The notes beneath the pieces were generated by a model. The model made no database searches, was not told the origin of the DNA, and saw only the letters and a list, made by a program, of their open reading frames with translations. Both the position numbers and the translations under genes were made by a program. Positions 1-9,346 of a DNA stretch of 64,000 nt are shown piece after piece. The stretch is from Pirellulales bacterium (lineage in GTDB: Bacteria; Planctomycetota; Planctomycetia; Pirellulales; JAICIG01): contig JBBDYJ010000029.1 in the NCBI GenBank assembly GCA_040901675.1, positions 51,929-115,928 on the forward strand, given 5' to 3'. Within the stretch, counting starts at the first letter, position 1. The number at the start of each line of letters is the position of its first letter.

Positions 1-735
1 CCTGGCGGCCATCGCACGGCGCAGCCGCGGCACCCCCTGTTCCGTCCGCGCGCTGACCAGCAGGACCTGGTAACCCATCTGGCTATAGACGCCGACCAGG
101 GCCGCCAGCGACGCGGCATCGACCAGGTCGACCTTGTTGATGACGATGCAGGCCTGCAGCCCTCCTTGCTCGGCGCTGACCAAAAAGCGATCGATCAGGT
201 TGGGTTTCAGGTACGGTTCGGCGGCGCTGGCCACGATGACCAACTGGTCGACGTTGGCCACCAGCACGTGCTGCCGGCCGCGGGTGGCCCGGCTCAGGAT
301 GCCATGGCGGGGCTCGATCCGCTCGATAACGCCCTCCTGCCCCTGGGCCGGGCGAAACAGCACCCGGTCGCCCGCCGCCACCACGTGCCGCTGGTCGGTG
401 GCGAGCGTCTTGAGCAGCCGGCGGGTGGCACACTGGTAGATGGCGCCGTCTTCGGCTTCGACGCTGCTCACCAGGCCGTGGATGCTGAGCACGCGGCCCT
501 TCAGGCAGGCGCTCTCGTCGACCTCCAGCAGCACTCCGCCGCCTGCCTGCTGGCCGGCGGCCACGCCCCTCACGGTCCGCTTGCGGGTCAGATCGCCCTT
601 GCCGCTGATCCGCTCGTCCTTGGGGGTGTCGTCGGGCTCGGCCTGCTGGAACTTCTTGGTCCAGTCGTCCCTTCGCGTGCGGGCACCGCGGTTCTTGCGG
701 AATTCGGTCCGGTGTTTTTTTGGGGGCTTCGCCAA
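1..735 (-). CDS. rsgA: Ribosome small subunit-dependent GTPase A (3' end runs off the window)
   Basis: Not in the ORF track; hand translation from TTG at 735 gives MAKPPKKHRTEFRKNR...VAAGDRV...IEPRHGILSR...VANVDQLVIVASAAEPYLKPNLIDRFLV...INKVDL...VSART, i.e. the OB-fold and G4 NKxD of RsgA. Confidence 0.92.
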   Translation of the reverse strand, partial: MAKPPKKHRTEFRKNRGARTRRDDWTKKFQQAEPDDTPKDERISGKGDLTRKRTVRGVAAGQQAGGGVLLEVDESACLKGRVLSIHGLVSSVEAEDGAIYQCATRRLLKTLATDQRHVVAAGDRVLFRPAQGQEGVIERIEPRHGILSRATRGRQHVLVANVDQLVIVASAAEPYLKPNLIDRFLVSAEQGGLQACIVINKVDLVDAASLAALVGVYSQMGYQVLLVSARTEQGVPRLRRAMAAR

Positions 736-768
736 GCGCTCTTCTTTTGGGGTTCGCCGAGCGGGCCG

Positions 769-1236
769 CTAGACCGGTTTATTCGGGTTCTTGATCTGGC
801 CCGCCTCGTCATTCATCACATCGTAACGCTTCTTGGGGCCCAGGCCGCGGTCCATTCCGTCTTTGGCCAGGCCGGCGCGTTCCAAAAGCGACTTGCTGAA
901 GACCTCGGCGATACCGCCGTCGCCTGGGGGTGGACCGACAGCGCCCAGGTCGGCCGGAGAGTACTTGATCTGATAGCGGTGCTTGGCGATCGCCAGGCTG
1001 TCGCCCGGATCGAGCCGCTTCTCGGTCACGCGCATGTTATTGACCTTGACGCCGTTGCGGCTGCCCACGTCGCGCACGTACCAGTAGCCGCTCATCAGCG
1101 TCAACTGGCAGTGATGGGCCGAGACATTGGGGAATCGCAGGACGATGTCGCAGCTTTCGCGGCGTCCCACGAGCAAACTTTCTTTCAGGAGGGGAATCGT
1201 GTCGCCCCCACCCACCGGGATGAGCTCGCCGTACAT
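769..1236 (-). CDS. FHA domain protein
   Basis: LVGRRESCDIVLRFPNVSAHHC...DVGSRNGVKVN matches the FHA GR/SxxH/NG motifs. Confidence 0.9.
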   Translation of the reverse strand: MYGELIPVGGGDTIPLLKESLLVGRRESCDIVLRFPNVSAHHCQLTLMSGYWYVRDVGSRNGVKVNNMRVTEKRLDPGDSLAIAKHRYQIKYSPADLGAVGPPPGDGGIAEVFSKSLLERAGLAKDGMDRGLGPKKRYDVMNDEAGQIKNPNKPV

Positions 1237-1381
1237 GTGCTCGATCTCTTGTTCCAGGCGCCGCGGGGTCCTAAGATCCGCGGTAAGGATTTTCGATAAA
1301 TATATAACAGTCAGCTTCTGAGTCTAGATTCGCTCGCCGCCGGCGTCAAACAAACAAAACATCCTCGCTGGCCTCGGACCA

Positions 1382-2359
1382 ATGCAAAAATCGCAAATTC
1401 CTTCTTGGCGCGCGGCCGGGCTCAGGTTTTTTGCCTACGGCTTCTACCTCCGCGGCCGCTTCGGGTGTCGTGTGCAAAAAGTGAGCCTTGACGCCGGTTT
1501 CACCTGCCCGAACGTGGACGGCACCGTCGCGGTCGGGGGGTGCGTGTTCTGCGACAACCGAAGCTTCAGCCCCAGCCGGCGCCTGCCCCGCACGACCATC
1601 GCGGGCCAACTCGACGAGGGCATCCGCCGGCTGAGGCGCCGATACCGCGTCGACCGCTTCCTGGCCTATTTCCAGCCGGCCACCAACACGTATGCCCCCC
1701 TTGAGCGGTTGCGGGGGTTGTACCAGCAGGCGCTGGCCCATCCGCGGGTGGTCGGGCTGGCCGTCGGCACGCGCCCCGATTGCGTGCCCGACGGCGTGCT
1801 CGACCTGCTCGCCGAGCTGGCCGAACAAACCTACCTGTCCGTCGAGTACGGCATGCAGAGCATGCACGACCGATCGCTCGAATGGATGAATCGCGGGCAC
1901 AGGCACGAGGCCTTCGTCGATGCCGTCGAGCGCAGCCGGGGCCGTGGCTTTGAGATCTGCGCCCACGTGATCCTGGGCGTGCCGGGCGAATCGCACGGCG
2001 ACATGCTGGCCACCGCCAACGAGCTGGCCCGCCTGGGGGTTCACTCAGTCAAGCTGCACAACCTGTATGCCGTCCGCAACACGCCGCTGGCCGAGTGGGT
2101 CCGCTGCGGCCAGGTCCGCTTGATGTCACGCGAAGACTACGTCCGGACCGTGGTCGATTTCCTCGAGCTTTTGCCGCCCCAGTGCCTGGTCGAGCGGATC
2201 GGCGGCGATGCGCCGCCCGACTACCTGGTCGGCCCAAGCTGGTGCCTCGACAAGCACGGTCTTCGATCGGCCCTGGACGCCGAGTTTTGCCGCCGCGACA
2301 CGTGGCAGGGACGAACCTACCAGGCGCCCGCTGCGTCTAAACTGGTAGAGGCCTGCTAA
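1382..2359 (+). CDS. Radical SAM protein, TIGR01212/YhcC family
   Basis: KVSLDAGFTCPNVDGT...GGCVFC, YFQPATNTY, GTRPDC, VKLHNL. Confidence 0.9.
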   Translation: MQKSQIPSWRAAGLRFFAYGFYLRGRFGCRVQKVSLDAGFTCPNVDGTVAVGGCVFCDNRSFSPSRRLPRTTIAGQLDEGIRRLRRRYRVDRFLAYFQPATNTYAPLERLRGLYQQALAHPRVVGLAVGTRPDCVPDGVLDLLAELAEQTYLSVEYGMQSMHDRSLEWMNRGHRHEAFVDAVERSRGRGFEICAHVILGVPGESHGDMLATANELARLGVHSVKLHNLYAVRNTPLAEWVRCGQVRLMSREDYVRTVVDFLELLPPQCLVERIGGDAPPDYLVGPSWCLDKHGLRSALDAEFCRRDTWQGRTYQAPAASKLVEAC

Positions 2360-2405
2360 AACCGTGCGCCGACCGCTCTGCGACGATAGAATTGACAGAG
2401 CAAGC

Positions 2406-2870
2406 TCGCAGCGGGCCGGGTGGCTGCCGGCGGAGCAAAGCGTGGCGCGCCGGCTTCGTGCCGGCGCGGAAGCGCACTCCGCGGGAGGAAAGTCCGGGCT
2501 CCACAGGACAGGGCGGTGGGTAACGCCCACCGGCCGCAAGGCCAGGGAAAGTGCAACAGAAAGCAAACCGCCTCGCGGGCCAGGTCCGCGCGGTAAGGGT
2601 GAAACGGTGAGGTAAGAGCTCACCAGCAGGCTGGGTGACCGGCCTGGCTAGGCAAACCCCGCCCGGAGCAAGGCCAAACAGGAAGCAAGCCAGCCGGCTG
2701 GCGGAAAATCCCGCCCGCCGGCCGGTGCGGATCGGTCCGGTCCGCTACCGACTTCCGGGTAGGCCGCTCGAGGGGCCGAGCAATCGGCCTCCTAGAGAAA
2801 TGGCCATCCACTGCCTCAGCCTGATTCTGGCTGCGGTGGAGACAGAACCCGGCTTACAGGCCCGCTGCGA
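2406..2870 (+). ncRNA. rnpB: RNase P RNA, bacterial type A
   Basis: Conserved GAGGAAAGTCCGGGCTCC, GGAAAGTGCAACAGAAAGCAAACCGCC, AAGGGTGAAACGGTGAGGTAAGAGC and ACAGAACCCGGCTTA; P1 helix TCGCAGCGGGCC/GGCCCGCTGCGA; TAGAAT just upstream. Confidence 0.97.
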
Positions 2871-2973
2871 ACTTGCTTTGTATGAGATAGGACGGGCCTC
2901 CATGCCCGTCGCAACGGCTTGGAGAAAGCCGTCGTCCCTGTCCGTGCGGCCGACGTTGAGGGCGCGCTCGGGT

Positions 2974-3372
2974 TTATTCGGTCGGGTTGGCCGTCGCGGC
3001 GACCGGGATCAACTCGCCATCGACCATCTGGAGCAACTTCGAGATGCAGAGTTTGTTCATGCTGGTGCGGTGGTTGCTGGCCTCGCACTTGAGCGAATCG
3101 TGCAGGCTCTTGGGCAGCCGGATGGTGATCACGCGGGTGGGCTCGGTTGGCTCGGGCAGCGGGGCGCTCTTGGCGCGCAGCCTGGCCAGCATCTGCTGAA
3201 TCTCCGAGTATTGGCTGGTCTGCTCGAACGTGGCCAAGGCGGCCGCGTCGGTAAAGGTCCGCCGAACCAGTCCGCCGACGCCAAAGATCTCCCGGTAAAA
3301 GGTGACCCAATCCACATTCTGGTGGAACAGGCCCGTCGCCACTCGGTGAATCTGTTGCTCCTTGGAGCTCAT
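2974..3372 (-). CDS. Conserved protein with C-terminal ribbon-helix-helix (HicB-like) DNA-binding domain
   Basis: ATG at 3372 preceded by AAGGAG; RVITIRLPKSLHDSLKCEASNHRTSMNKLCISKL has the RHH strand-helix-helix pattern. Confidence 0.75.
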   Translation of the reverse strand: MSSKEQQIHRVATGLFHQNVDWVTFYREIFGVGGLVRRTFTDAAALATFEQTSQYSEIQQMLARLRAKSAPLPEPTEPTRVITIRLPKSLHDSLKCEASNHRTSMNKLCISKLLQMVDGELIPVAATANPTE

Positions 3373-3943
3373 CTGTCTGGTTCTCCTTACGGTTTGAATG
3401 GTGAATTCCATTTCCAGCGGCCGCGCTGGCCGCACTTGCCAGAATCTTGGCCGGCCGGTCAAGCTTGGGACCGATAGCATTACGCTGCTAGCACTTAGGA
3501 CGATAGCAGCCGTTTGCACTTTTTTTGTGCATGGCTGCCCTGGCCGGGGCACCGCCCGGCCTGCTCAAAAAGTGTGCAAGAGCCCCGTTTCCAATTCGCC
3601 AAAGTGTCCAGTGCAGCCGTGGCCACCGAGGCGCTGGCGCCGATTACCGGATAGGCGTGGGGAGGTGCGCGAGGAAAAATCGGGCGCGTGCGCGCCGGGG
3701 CGGCCGTTTTGGGATGGCTGGTCCGGCTGCGCAAACTTAACAGGCGTGGGACGTTAAATATGTTGACCGAGCATTACTCAGCAAATACCATGGGGTGGAG
3801 CCATGGAAGAGCCATAGGCAAATCTTCAGGACGTTCGTCCTCGGCGGAAAACTAGGTACGGTACAAATCCCGCGGGAGGCGGGAGGGCTGCGGTCGAAGA
3901 GAGGGTTCCTCTCCTCTTTGGGAGCGAAGCGCCGAAGTGTCCG

Positions 3944-6900
3944 ATGAGTAACGCCGGTTCGAGTCATCAGCCGCTGGAATTGACTCCGCTGATCCAACGA
4001 TCGCGCGGCGCTCCCGCGCCGGTCGATGGTGGCTGCGACCCCGACGAGCGGACCGTGATCTCCCAGCGTCCCCCATCCCCGGCGGCCAGCCCCGCGCGGC
4101 AGACGGCCCCCGTGGAACTGGGCAAGCTGCTGGCCGGCGAGCGGCTGAACCACTTCGAGCTGCGCGAGTTCGTCGGCGGCGGGGGCATGGGCGCGGTCTT
4201 CCGCGCCGTCGATACCATGCTCAATCGCGAGGTGGCCCTGAAGGTCCTCTCGCGGGACCAGGGAGCCGACGAAGAAACCCGCCGCCGCTTCCAGAACGAG
4301 GCCCAGTCGGCCGCCCGGCTCGATCACGAGAATATTGCCCGCGTGTATTACGTGGGCGAGGACCGGGGCCTGAACTACATCGTTTTCGAGTTCATCGAGG
4401 GGGTCAATCTGCGCGAGTTGGTCGTCGAGCGCAAGGGGCCGCTGCCCCTGGCCGAGGCGATCAGCTATACGTTGCAGGTTGCCGAGGCCCTGGCCCACGC
4501 CAGCAGCCGCGACGTGGTCCACCGCGATATCAAGCCCTCCAACGTGATCATTACCGCCGAGGGACGGGCCAAGCTGGTCGACATGGGACTGGCCCGGCTG
4601 CACCAGGTCAATCCGGATGCGGAGGAGCTGACTGCCAGCGGCGTCACGCTGGGAACGTTCGACTACATTTCGCCCGAACAAGCTCGTGACCCGCGCAGCG
4701 CCGACGTCCGCAGCGACATCTATTCCTTGGGCTGCACGTTGTATTACATGCTCACGGCGCGGCCTCCCTTTCCGGAAGGCACAGTGCTGCAGAAACTGCT
4801 GCAGCACAACAGCGACGAGCCTCCTGATCCCAGGGAGTTCAGTCCCGCCTTGCCCGAAGAGGTTTCCGCCCTGGTCCGCAAGATGCTGGCCAAGGACCCG
4901 CGGCGCCGTTTCCAGAATGCCAGCGAGTTGATTGCCGAGATGCTGCTGTTGGCCGAGCAACTGGGCTGCCCGACGCCCGCCGCGCGTGGATTGGTGTTGC
5001 TGGCCAACGGTCCGGCGGCGGTCTCGACCTGGGAGCGGCACGTCCCCTGGGTGATCCCGGTGGTGGCTCTCTTGTGCATCGTGCTCGTCATGGATCGGGC
5101 CTGGCCGTCGCTCGAAGGCGAGCCGGCACGGCCGAGCTTTGCCCGCGGCGGCCCGGCGCCGTCGACTCAGCCGGCGGAGGACCCGCGGCCGCGGTCGCTT
5201 CAGCGGCGGGGAGCAGCGGGCGGTGCCGGCGCGAACCCGGCGACGCAAGCCGACTTCAATGCTCGAGGAGCCGAACCAGGTCGGTCCGCTCAGCCGTCCG
5301 GCGTACCGGGCAGCGGGGCCGGCGTTTCACAGTCCAATTCCGGCGCCGACGACGGCAGTGACAGCGCGAGCCGGATCATCCCCGAGCCGGGTTCCCACCT
5401 GGTGGATCCCGGTGGCTCCAACCATGATTCGATCGAAAGCCGTCGGGCAGCCAGCGGCGGCGCGGCGCGGGTCGCGAGCGATCCCGTCGATGCCATCGGC
5501 CGCGCGTCGGCCGCGGGTGCGCTGGGCGCCTCGTCGCAATCGCCTTCCGTCGCGCCGGCCGGCGATGCGGCCGGTCGGGCATCGAGCGATACGCCGGCCG
5601 ATCCCTCGAATGTCCGCACCGGCGGCACCGCGCGGCCGGGCACGACCTCCACTCCGACCGGCGACCTCTCGCAGCGCCCCGCGGCGGCCCAGGCGCCCGA
5701 CCAGGCGGCTTCGGCGTCGCAAGCAGCGGCTACGGCCGCGCCGGGGCCGGCCGACGACGTGCAGCCTGGCGTGCTCTACGTGAGCGAGACGGTGCGTGGG
5801 CCCCAGCATTTTGCCACGCTGCGGGAAGCGTGTGCCAAAGCCCGCAAGAACGAGGTCATCGAGCTGCAGTACAGCGGCCGCCGACTGTCCGACCCGATTG
5901 CGCTGGCCAACCAGAAGCTGACGATTCGGGCGGTGGAACCGTTCCGGCCGGTGATCGTGTTCCGTCCCAGCGAGCCCGATCCGATCACCTCGCCGCGAAG
6001 CATGATCACGGTGGCCGGCGGCAGCTTGAAGCTGGTCAACGTCTCGGTCGAGTTGGAGGTGCCCCGCGACCTGCCGGCCGATAACTGGTCGCTGTTCGAA
6101 ACGCAGCTCGCCGATTCGATTTCGCTGGAGAAGTGCGTGCTCACCGTCCGCAACGCCTCCGACCAGCGAGGCGCATATCATCAGGGAGTCGCTTTTTTCC
6201 GGGTCAAGTCGGCCCCGGGCGTCGACTCGATGATGGCCTCCAAGGGAATGATGCCGCTGGAGGCGGTCGAGATCCGCCTGGACGATTGCATCGCCCGTGG
6301 CGAAGCGACCTTCCTGCGGGCCGGCGATTTGCAGCCCTTCCGGCTTTCGTGGGACAACGGCCTGTTGGCCATCAGCGAGCGCTTGCTCTCGACCGAGGGG
6401 GCGGTTTCGTCGGCCGCGGGCGGCGGCGGCCAGGGCCGCGTCGAGCTCAAGCACTTGACGGCCGTGCTGGGCAAGGGGCTCTGCCGCCTGAGCAACACGG
6501 CCGACGCGCCGGCCCAACTGGATATTGAGATCGCTTGCGCCGACAGCATCCTGGTGGCGGCGGCCGACGCGTCTCTGGTGGAACAACTGGGCGTGAGCAG
6601 CCTGGCCGGCTTCCAGCAGCGCTTTCGCTGGAACGGCGAATGGAATCTCTACCAGGGATTCAGCACGTTCTGGAGGATCCAGACCGACACATCCCGACCG
6701 CCGCTGGAGTGGTCGTTCGGCCCATGGCGCGACTTCTGGAAGGAGGCCCGCGAGGTCCGGCCCAGCCTGTCGCAGGTGGTATGGGCCCGCTACCCCAAAG
6801 CCGACCGCCCGATGCACACGCACACGGCGGCCGACTACGCCCTGGACCAGCAGGCGATCGGCAACCCGGCCCGCTCGCGGTCCAGCGACGGTCTCGACGC

Positions 6901-6970
6901 CGGCCTGGTCAGCGCCGAGCTGCCCAGCGTGCCCGACGACCGCTTGCCCGCCACGGAGTCAGCGGATTGA
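3944..6970 (+). CDS. Membrane-anchored Hanks-type Ser/Thr protein kinase with low-complexity linker and probable beta-helical extracytoplasmic domain
   Basis: GGGGMGAVF, VALK, HRDIKPSN, DMGLAR, GTFDYISPEQ, DIYSLG; TM segment VPWVIPVVALLCIVLVM; A/G/P/S-rich linker. Confidence 0.93.
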   Translation: MSNAGSSHQPLELTPLIQRSRGAPAPVDGGCDPDERTVISQRPPSPAASPARQTAPVELGKLLAGERLNHFELREFVGGGGMGAVFRAVDTMLNREVALKVLSRDQGADEETRRRFQNEAQSAARLDHENIARVYYVGEDRGLNYIVFEFIEGVNLRELVVERKGPLPLAEAISYTLQVAEALAHASSRDVVHRDIKPSNVIITAEGRAKLVDMGLARLHQVNPDAEELTASGVTLGTFDYISPEQARDPRSADVRSDIYSLGCTLYYMLTARPPFPEGTVLQKLLQHNSDEPPDPREFSPALPEEVSALVRKMLAKDPRRRFQNASELIAEMLLLAEQLGCPTPAARGLVLLANGPAAVSTWERHVPWVIPVVALLCIVLVMDRAWPSLEGEPARPSFARGGPAPSTQPAEDPRPRSLQRRGAAGGAGANPATQADFNARGAEPGRSAQPSGVPGSGAGVSQSNSGADDGSDSASRIIPEPGSHLVDPGGSNHDSIESRRAASGGAARVASDPVDAIGRASAAGALGASSQSPSVAPAGDAAGRASSDTPADPSNVRTGGTARPGTTSTPTGDLSQRPAAAQAPDQAASASQAAATAAPGPADDVQPGVLYVSETVRGPQHFATLREACAKARKNEVIELQYSGRRLSDPIALANQKLTIRAVEPFRPVIVFRPSEPDPITSPRSMITVAGGSLKLVNVSVELEVPRDLPADNWSLFETQLADSISLEKCVLTVRNASDQRGAYHQGVAFFRVKSAPGVDSMMASKGMMPLEAVEIRLDDCIARGEATFLRAGDLQPFRLSWDNGLLAISERLLSTEGAVSSAAGGGGQGRVELKHLTAVLGKGLCRLSNTADAPAQLDIEIACADSILVAAADASLVEQLGVSSLAGFQQRFRWNGEWNLYQGFSTFWRIQTDTSRPPLEWSFGPWRDFWKEAREVRPSLSQVVWARYPKADRPMHTHTAADYALDQQAIGNPARSRSSDGLDAGLVSAELPSVPDDRLPATESAD

Positions 6971-7192
6971 CGGCGCCGGCCCACCGATGCGAATCGGGCG
7001 AGTCACTGTCTCTTGGCTGCCGAGTGCACCCGCGCGCTGTTGCCCAAGCGGCCTGGATCGACTACGGTTGGCTCGATAAAGTCGGCTGCGATCGGCGCAA
7101 GCCGGCGTTTGATCCTGCTCGAAGCTTCGTTCCACGGCTGTACGAGCGCGAACTGGCTTCGTTTGAACCCTACTTCTTGTGCGAGAGCCTGG

Positions 7193-8551
7193 ATGCAACC
7201 CCAAGAGAATGAAGCCCTCGACCCGTATACTGCGCCGGATAGTACGGCGGGATTGAACCTGCCGCTGTGGGAGAGGCTTCGCCTATGGTTCCTGGCGCAC
7301 CCAATTGGGTTCTGGTTCTTTTTTTGGGGCGAACTGGCCGAGCGCTGCTCCTATTACGGGATGCGCGCCATCCTGACGTTGTACATGCTGGAACGGCTGG
7401 ACTTCAGCGAGGGACAGGCCGGCGCCACCACGGCTCTCTTCATCGCGGGGACGTATCTGACGCCGCTTGCCGGTGGCTGGATCGCGGACAATGTATTCGG
7501 CAAGTACTGGACAATCGTGGGCTTTTCGCTGCCGTACATCCTGGGACATGTAATCCTCGGAATTGAGAGCATTCCGTTTCTCGTGATTGCTCTGGTCTTG
7601 CTCTCCATGGGCAGTGGAGTGATTAAGCCGAACATTTCCACTCTGATGGGGATGACATACGACCAGCAGCGCCCCGGGAAGGAGAAGCTCCGCAGCGATG
7701 CCTTCGCCATGTTCTATTGGTCGATCAATATTGGGGCTGCCATCTCGTCAATCGCGGTTCCAGCGATCCGAACGGCGTGGGGTTACTCGACCGCCTTTCT
7801 ATTCCCGGCCGGCCTGATGGTGATTGCATTTGCCATCTTCGCATCGGGTAAGAAGTTTTATGCGGTAGAAACGATCTCGCGCACGGAGAAGACAGCCGCC
7901 GAAAAAAAGGAACAGTGGCGGGCCATCGGACGCATCGCCGGCATCTTCGCCGCCGTCACGTTTTTCTGGAGCATTTTCGACCAGTCTGCCAGCACGTGGG
8001 TGCTGTTCGCGAAGAACTACCTCGACCTTCACTTGTGGGGCGTAACGCTTAAGCCCGATCAAATCCAAGCTGCCAACCCCATCCTCATCATCGTGATGCT
8101 CCCCCCGGTGAGTCTCTTCTGGCGATTCCTGGCGGCACATGGCCTCCCCTTGCGCGCCACCGACAAGATGCTGATCGGTTTCATTCTTACCGCGGTGACC
8201 ATGGCTATCATGGCGGCGGCCGGATTTTTGACGTCGCCGAGCGATAAGGCCTCCGTGCTTTGGGAGGTCGGAGCCTATGTCATTATTACGGTCGCGGAAA
8301 TCTGCATCTCGGTCGTCGGTTTGGAGCTGGCCTTCACCGCGGCTCCGCAAAAGATGAAAAGCTTCATTACCGCCTGCTGGCTGGCGACGGTGTTCTTAGG
8401 GAACCTCTTGCACGCGCCGTTTGCTTATTTTTACGACTTCATGCCGCCCGGTTGGTACTTCGCGCTGATGACGCTCATGATGGTCTTCGTCAGTTGTGGC
8501 TTCGTGTTCGTGGCACGGCGATTCAACCGCGCGTTGCCGATAGCCGTCTGA
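7193..8551 (+). CDS. POT/PTR family proton-dependent oligopeptide transporter (MFS)
   Basis: ELAERCSYYG motif, GGWIADNVFG, GSGVIKPN, FYWSINIG; multiple TM helices. Start taken as ATG 7193. Confidence 0.92.
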   Translation: MQPQENEALDPYTAPDSTAGLNLPLWERLRLWFLAHPIGFWFFFWGELAERCSYYGMRAILTLYMLERLDFSEGQAGATTALFIAGTYLTPLAGGWIADNVFGKYWTIVGFSLPYILGHVILGIESIPFLVIALVLLSMGSGVIKPNISTLMGMTYDQQRPGKEKLRSDAFAMFYWSINIGAAISSIAVPAIRTAWGYSTAFLFPAGLMVIAFAIFASGKKFYAVETISRTEKTAAEKKEQWRAIGRIAGIFAAVTFFWSIFDQSASTWVLFAKNYLDLHLWGVTLKPDQIQAANPILIIVMLPPVSLFWRFLAAHGLPLRATDKMLIGFILTAVTMAIMAAAGFLTSPSDKASVLWEVGAYVIITVAEICISVVGLELAFTAAPQKMKSFITACWLATVFLGNLLHAPFAYFYDFMPPGWYFALMTLMMVFVSCGFVFVARRFNRALPIAV

Positions 8552-8903
8552 GGCGAAAGCCACCCGCCCGCCATCCTTATCGTCTTAAGTCGTTTTCACC
8601 GTGGGAGTTCCAAGCATGCTCAGATCGCAACTCCATGCCCCCGGCCCGCCTCCTTGACAGAACGGCCCTGGCGTGTTTTACTACGGTGGCGATTAAGAAG
8701 AGTGGCCCTGCCTGAAACGCTTTGCATCGTCCGCTGGCGCGGATAAATGACCTGCCTGAAGCGTGCTGGGAAAAAATCGAACTGGCCCTTGCAGCGTCCC
8801 TGGGTGTGCGCCTTGCCGCCCGAGGTTGCCGGCTTTGAGGGTTTTTCCGCCGAAATGGCTCGAGCCGCTGCCGTAAACAAAGGTTTTCCTGGAGAAATCG
8901 TGC

Positions 8904-9323
8904 ATGAAAAAGGCGATCTGGATCTTGTCGTTCCTGGCCCTGCTGGCGATGCTGTCGGTCAATTCGGCCAGCGCCCGTCCGCAGTTCTTTGCCGCGTTTC
9001 GCGCCAGGTACCTGAAGGCGGACGACGAGTCGGAAACGGGCAAGGCACTGAAGGATCAGGTCGACAAGGTCAAGTGCAACGTCTGCCACGGCAAAGACGA
9101 CAAAGGCAAGATCGAATACAAAGTGCGCAATGCCTACGGCACCGCCTTGAGCAAGCTCCTCACCAAAGACGACATCAAGAACAAGGACAAGATCCGCGAG
9201 GCCTTGGACAAGGTGGCTGAAGAAAAAGTGAGCGAGGCCGAGGATGCGCCGACCTTCGGCGATCGCCTGGCCGGAGGCAAGCTGCCCGGGGTCGAAGAAG
9301 CCGAGCAGACCGCGTCCAAATAA
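8904..9323 (+). CDS. Secreted small mono-heme c-type cytochrome-like protein
   Basis: Sec signal peptide ending ASA, a single CNVCH motif, RNAYG; GGAG upstream. Confidence 0.8.
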   Translation: MKKAIWILSFLALLAMLSVNSASARPQFFAAFRARYLKADDESETGKALKDQVDKVKCNVCHGKDDKGKIEYKVRNAYGTALSKLLTKDDIKNKDKIREALDKVAEEKVSEAEDAPTFGDRLAGGKLPGVEEAEQTASK

Positions 9324-9346
9324 CGACCGCGGCCGAGTACGGACCC

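Noticed and set aside
2126..2811. Several ORFs overlapping 2400-2870
   Set aside because: They overlap the RNase P RNA gene and have no protein-like features.
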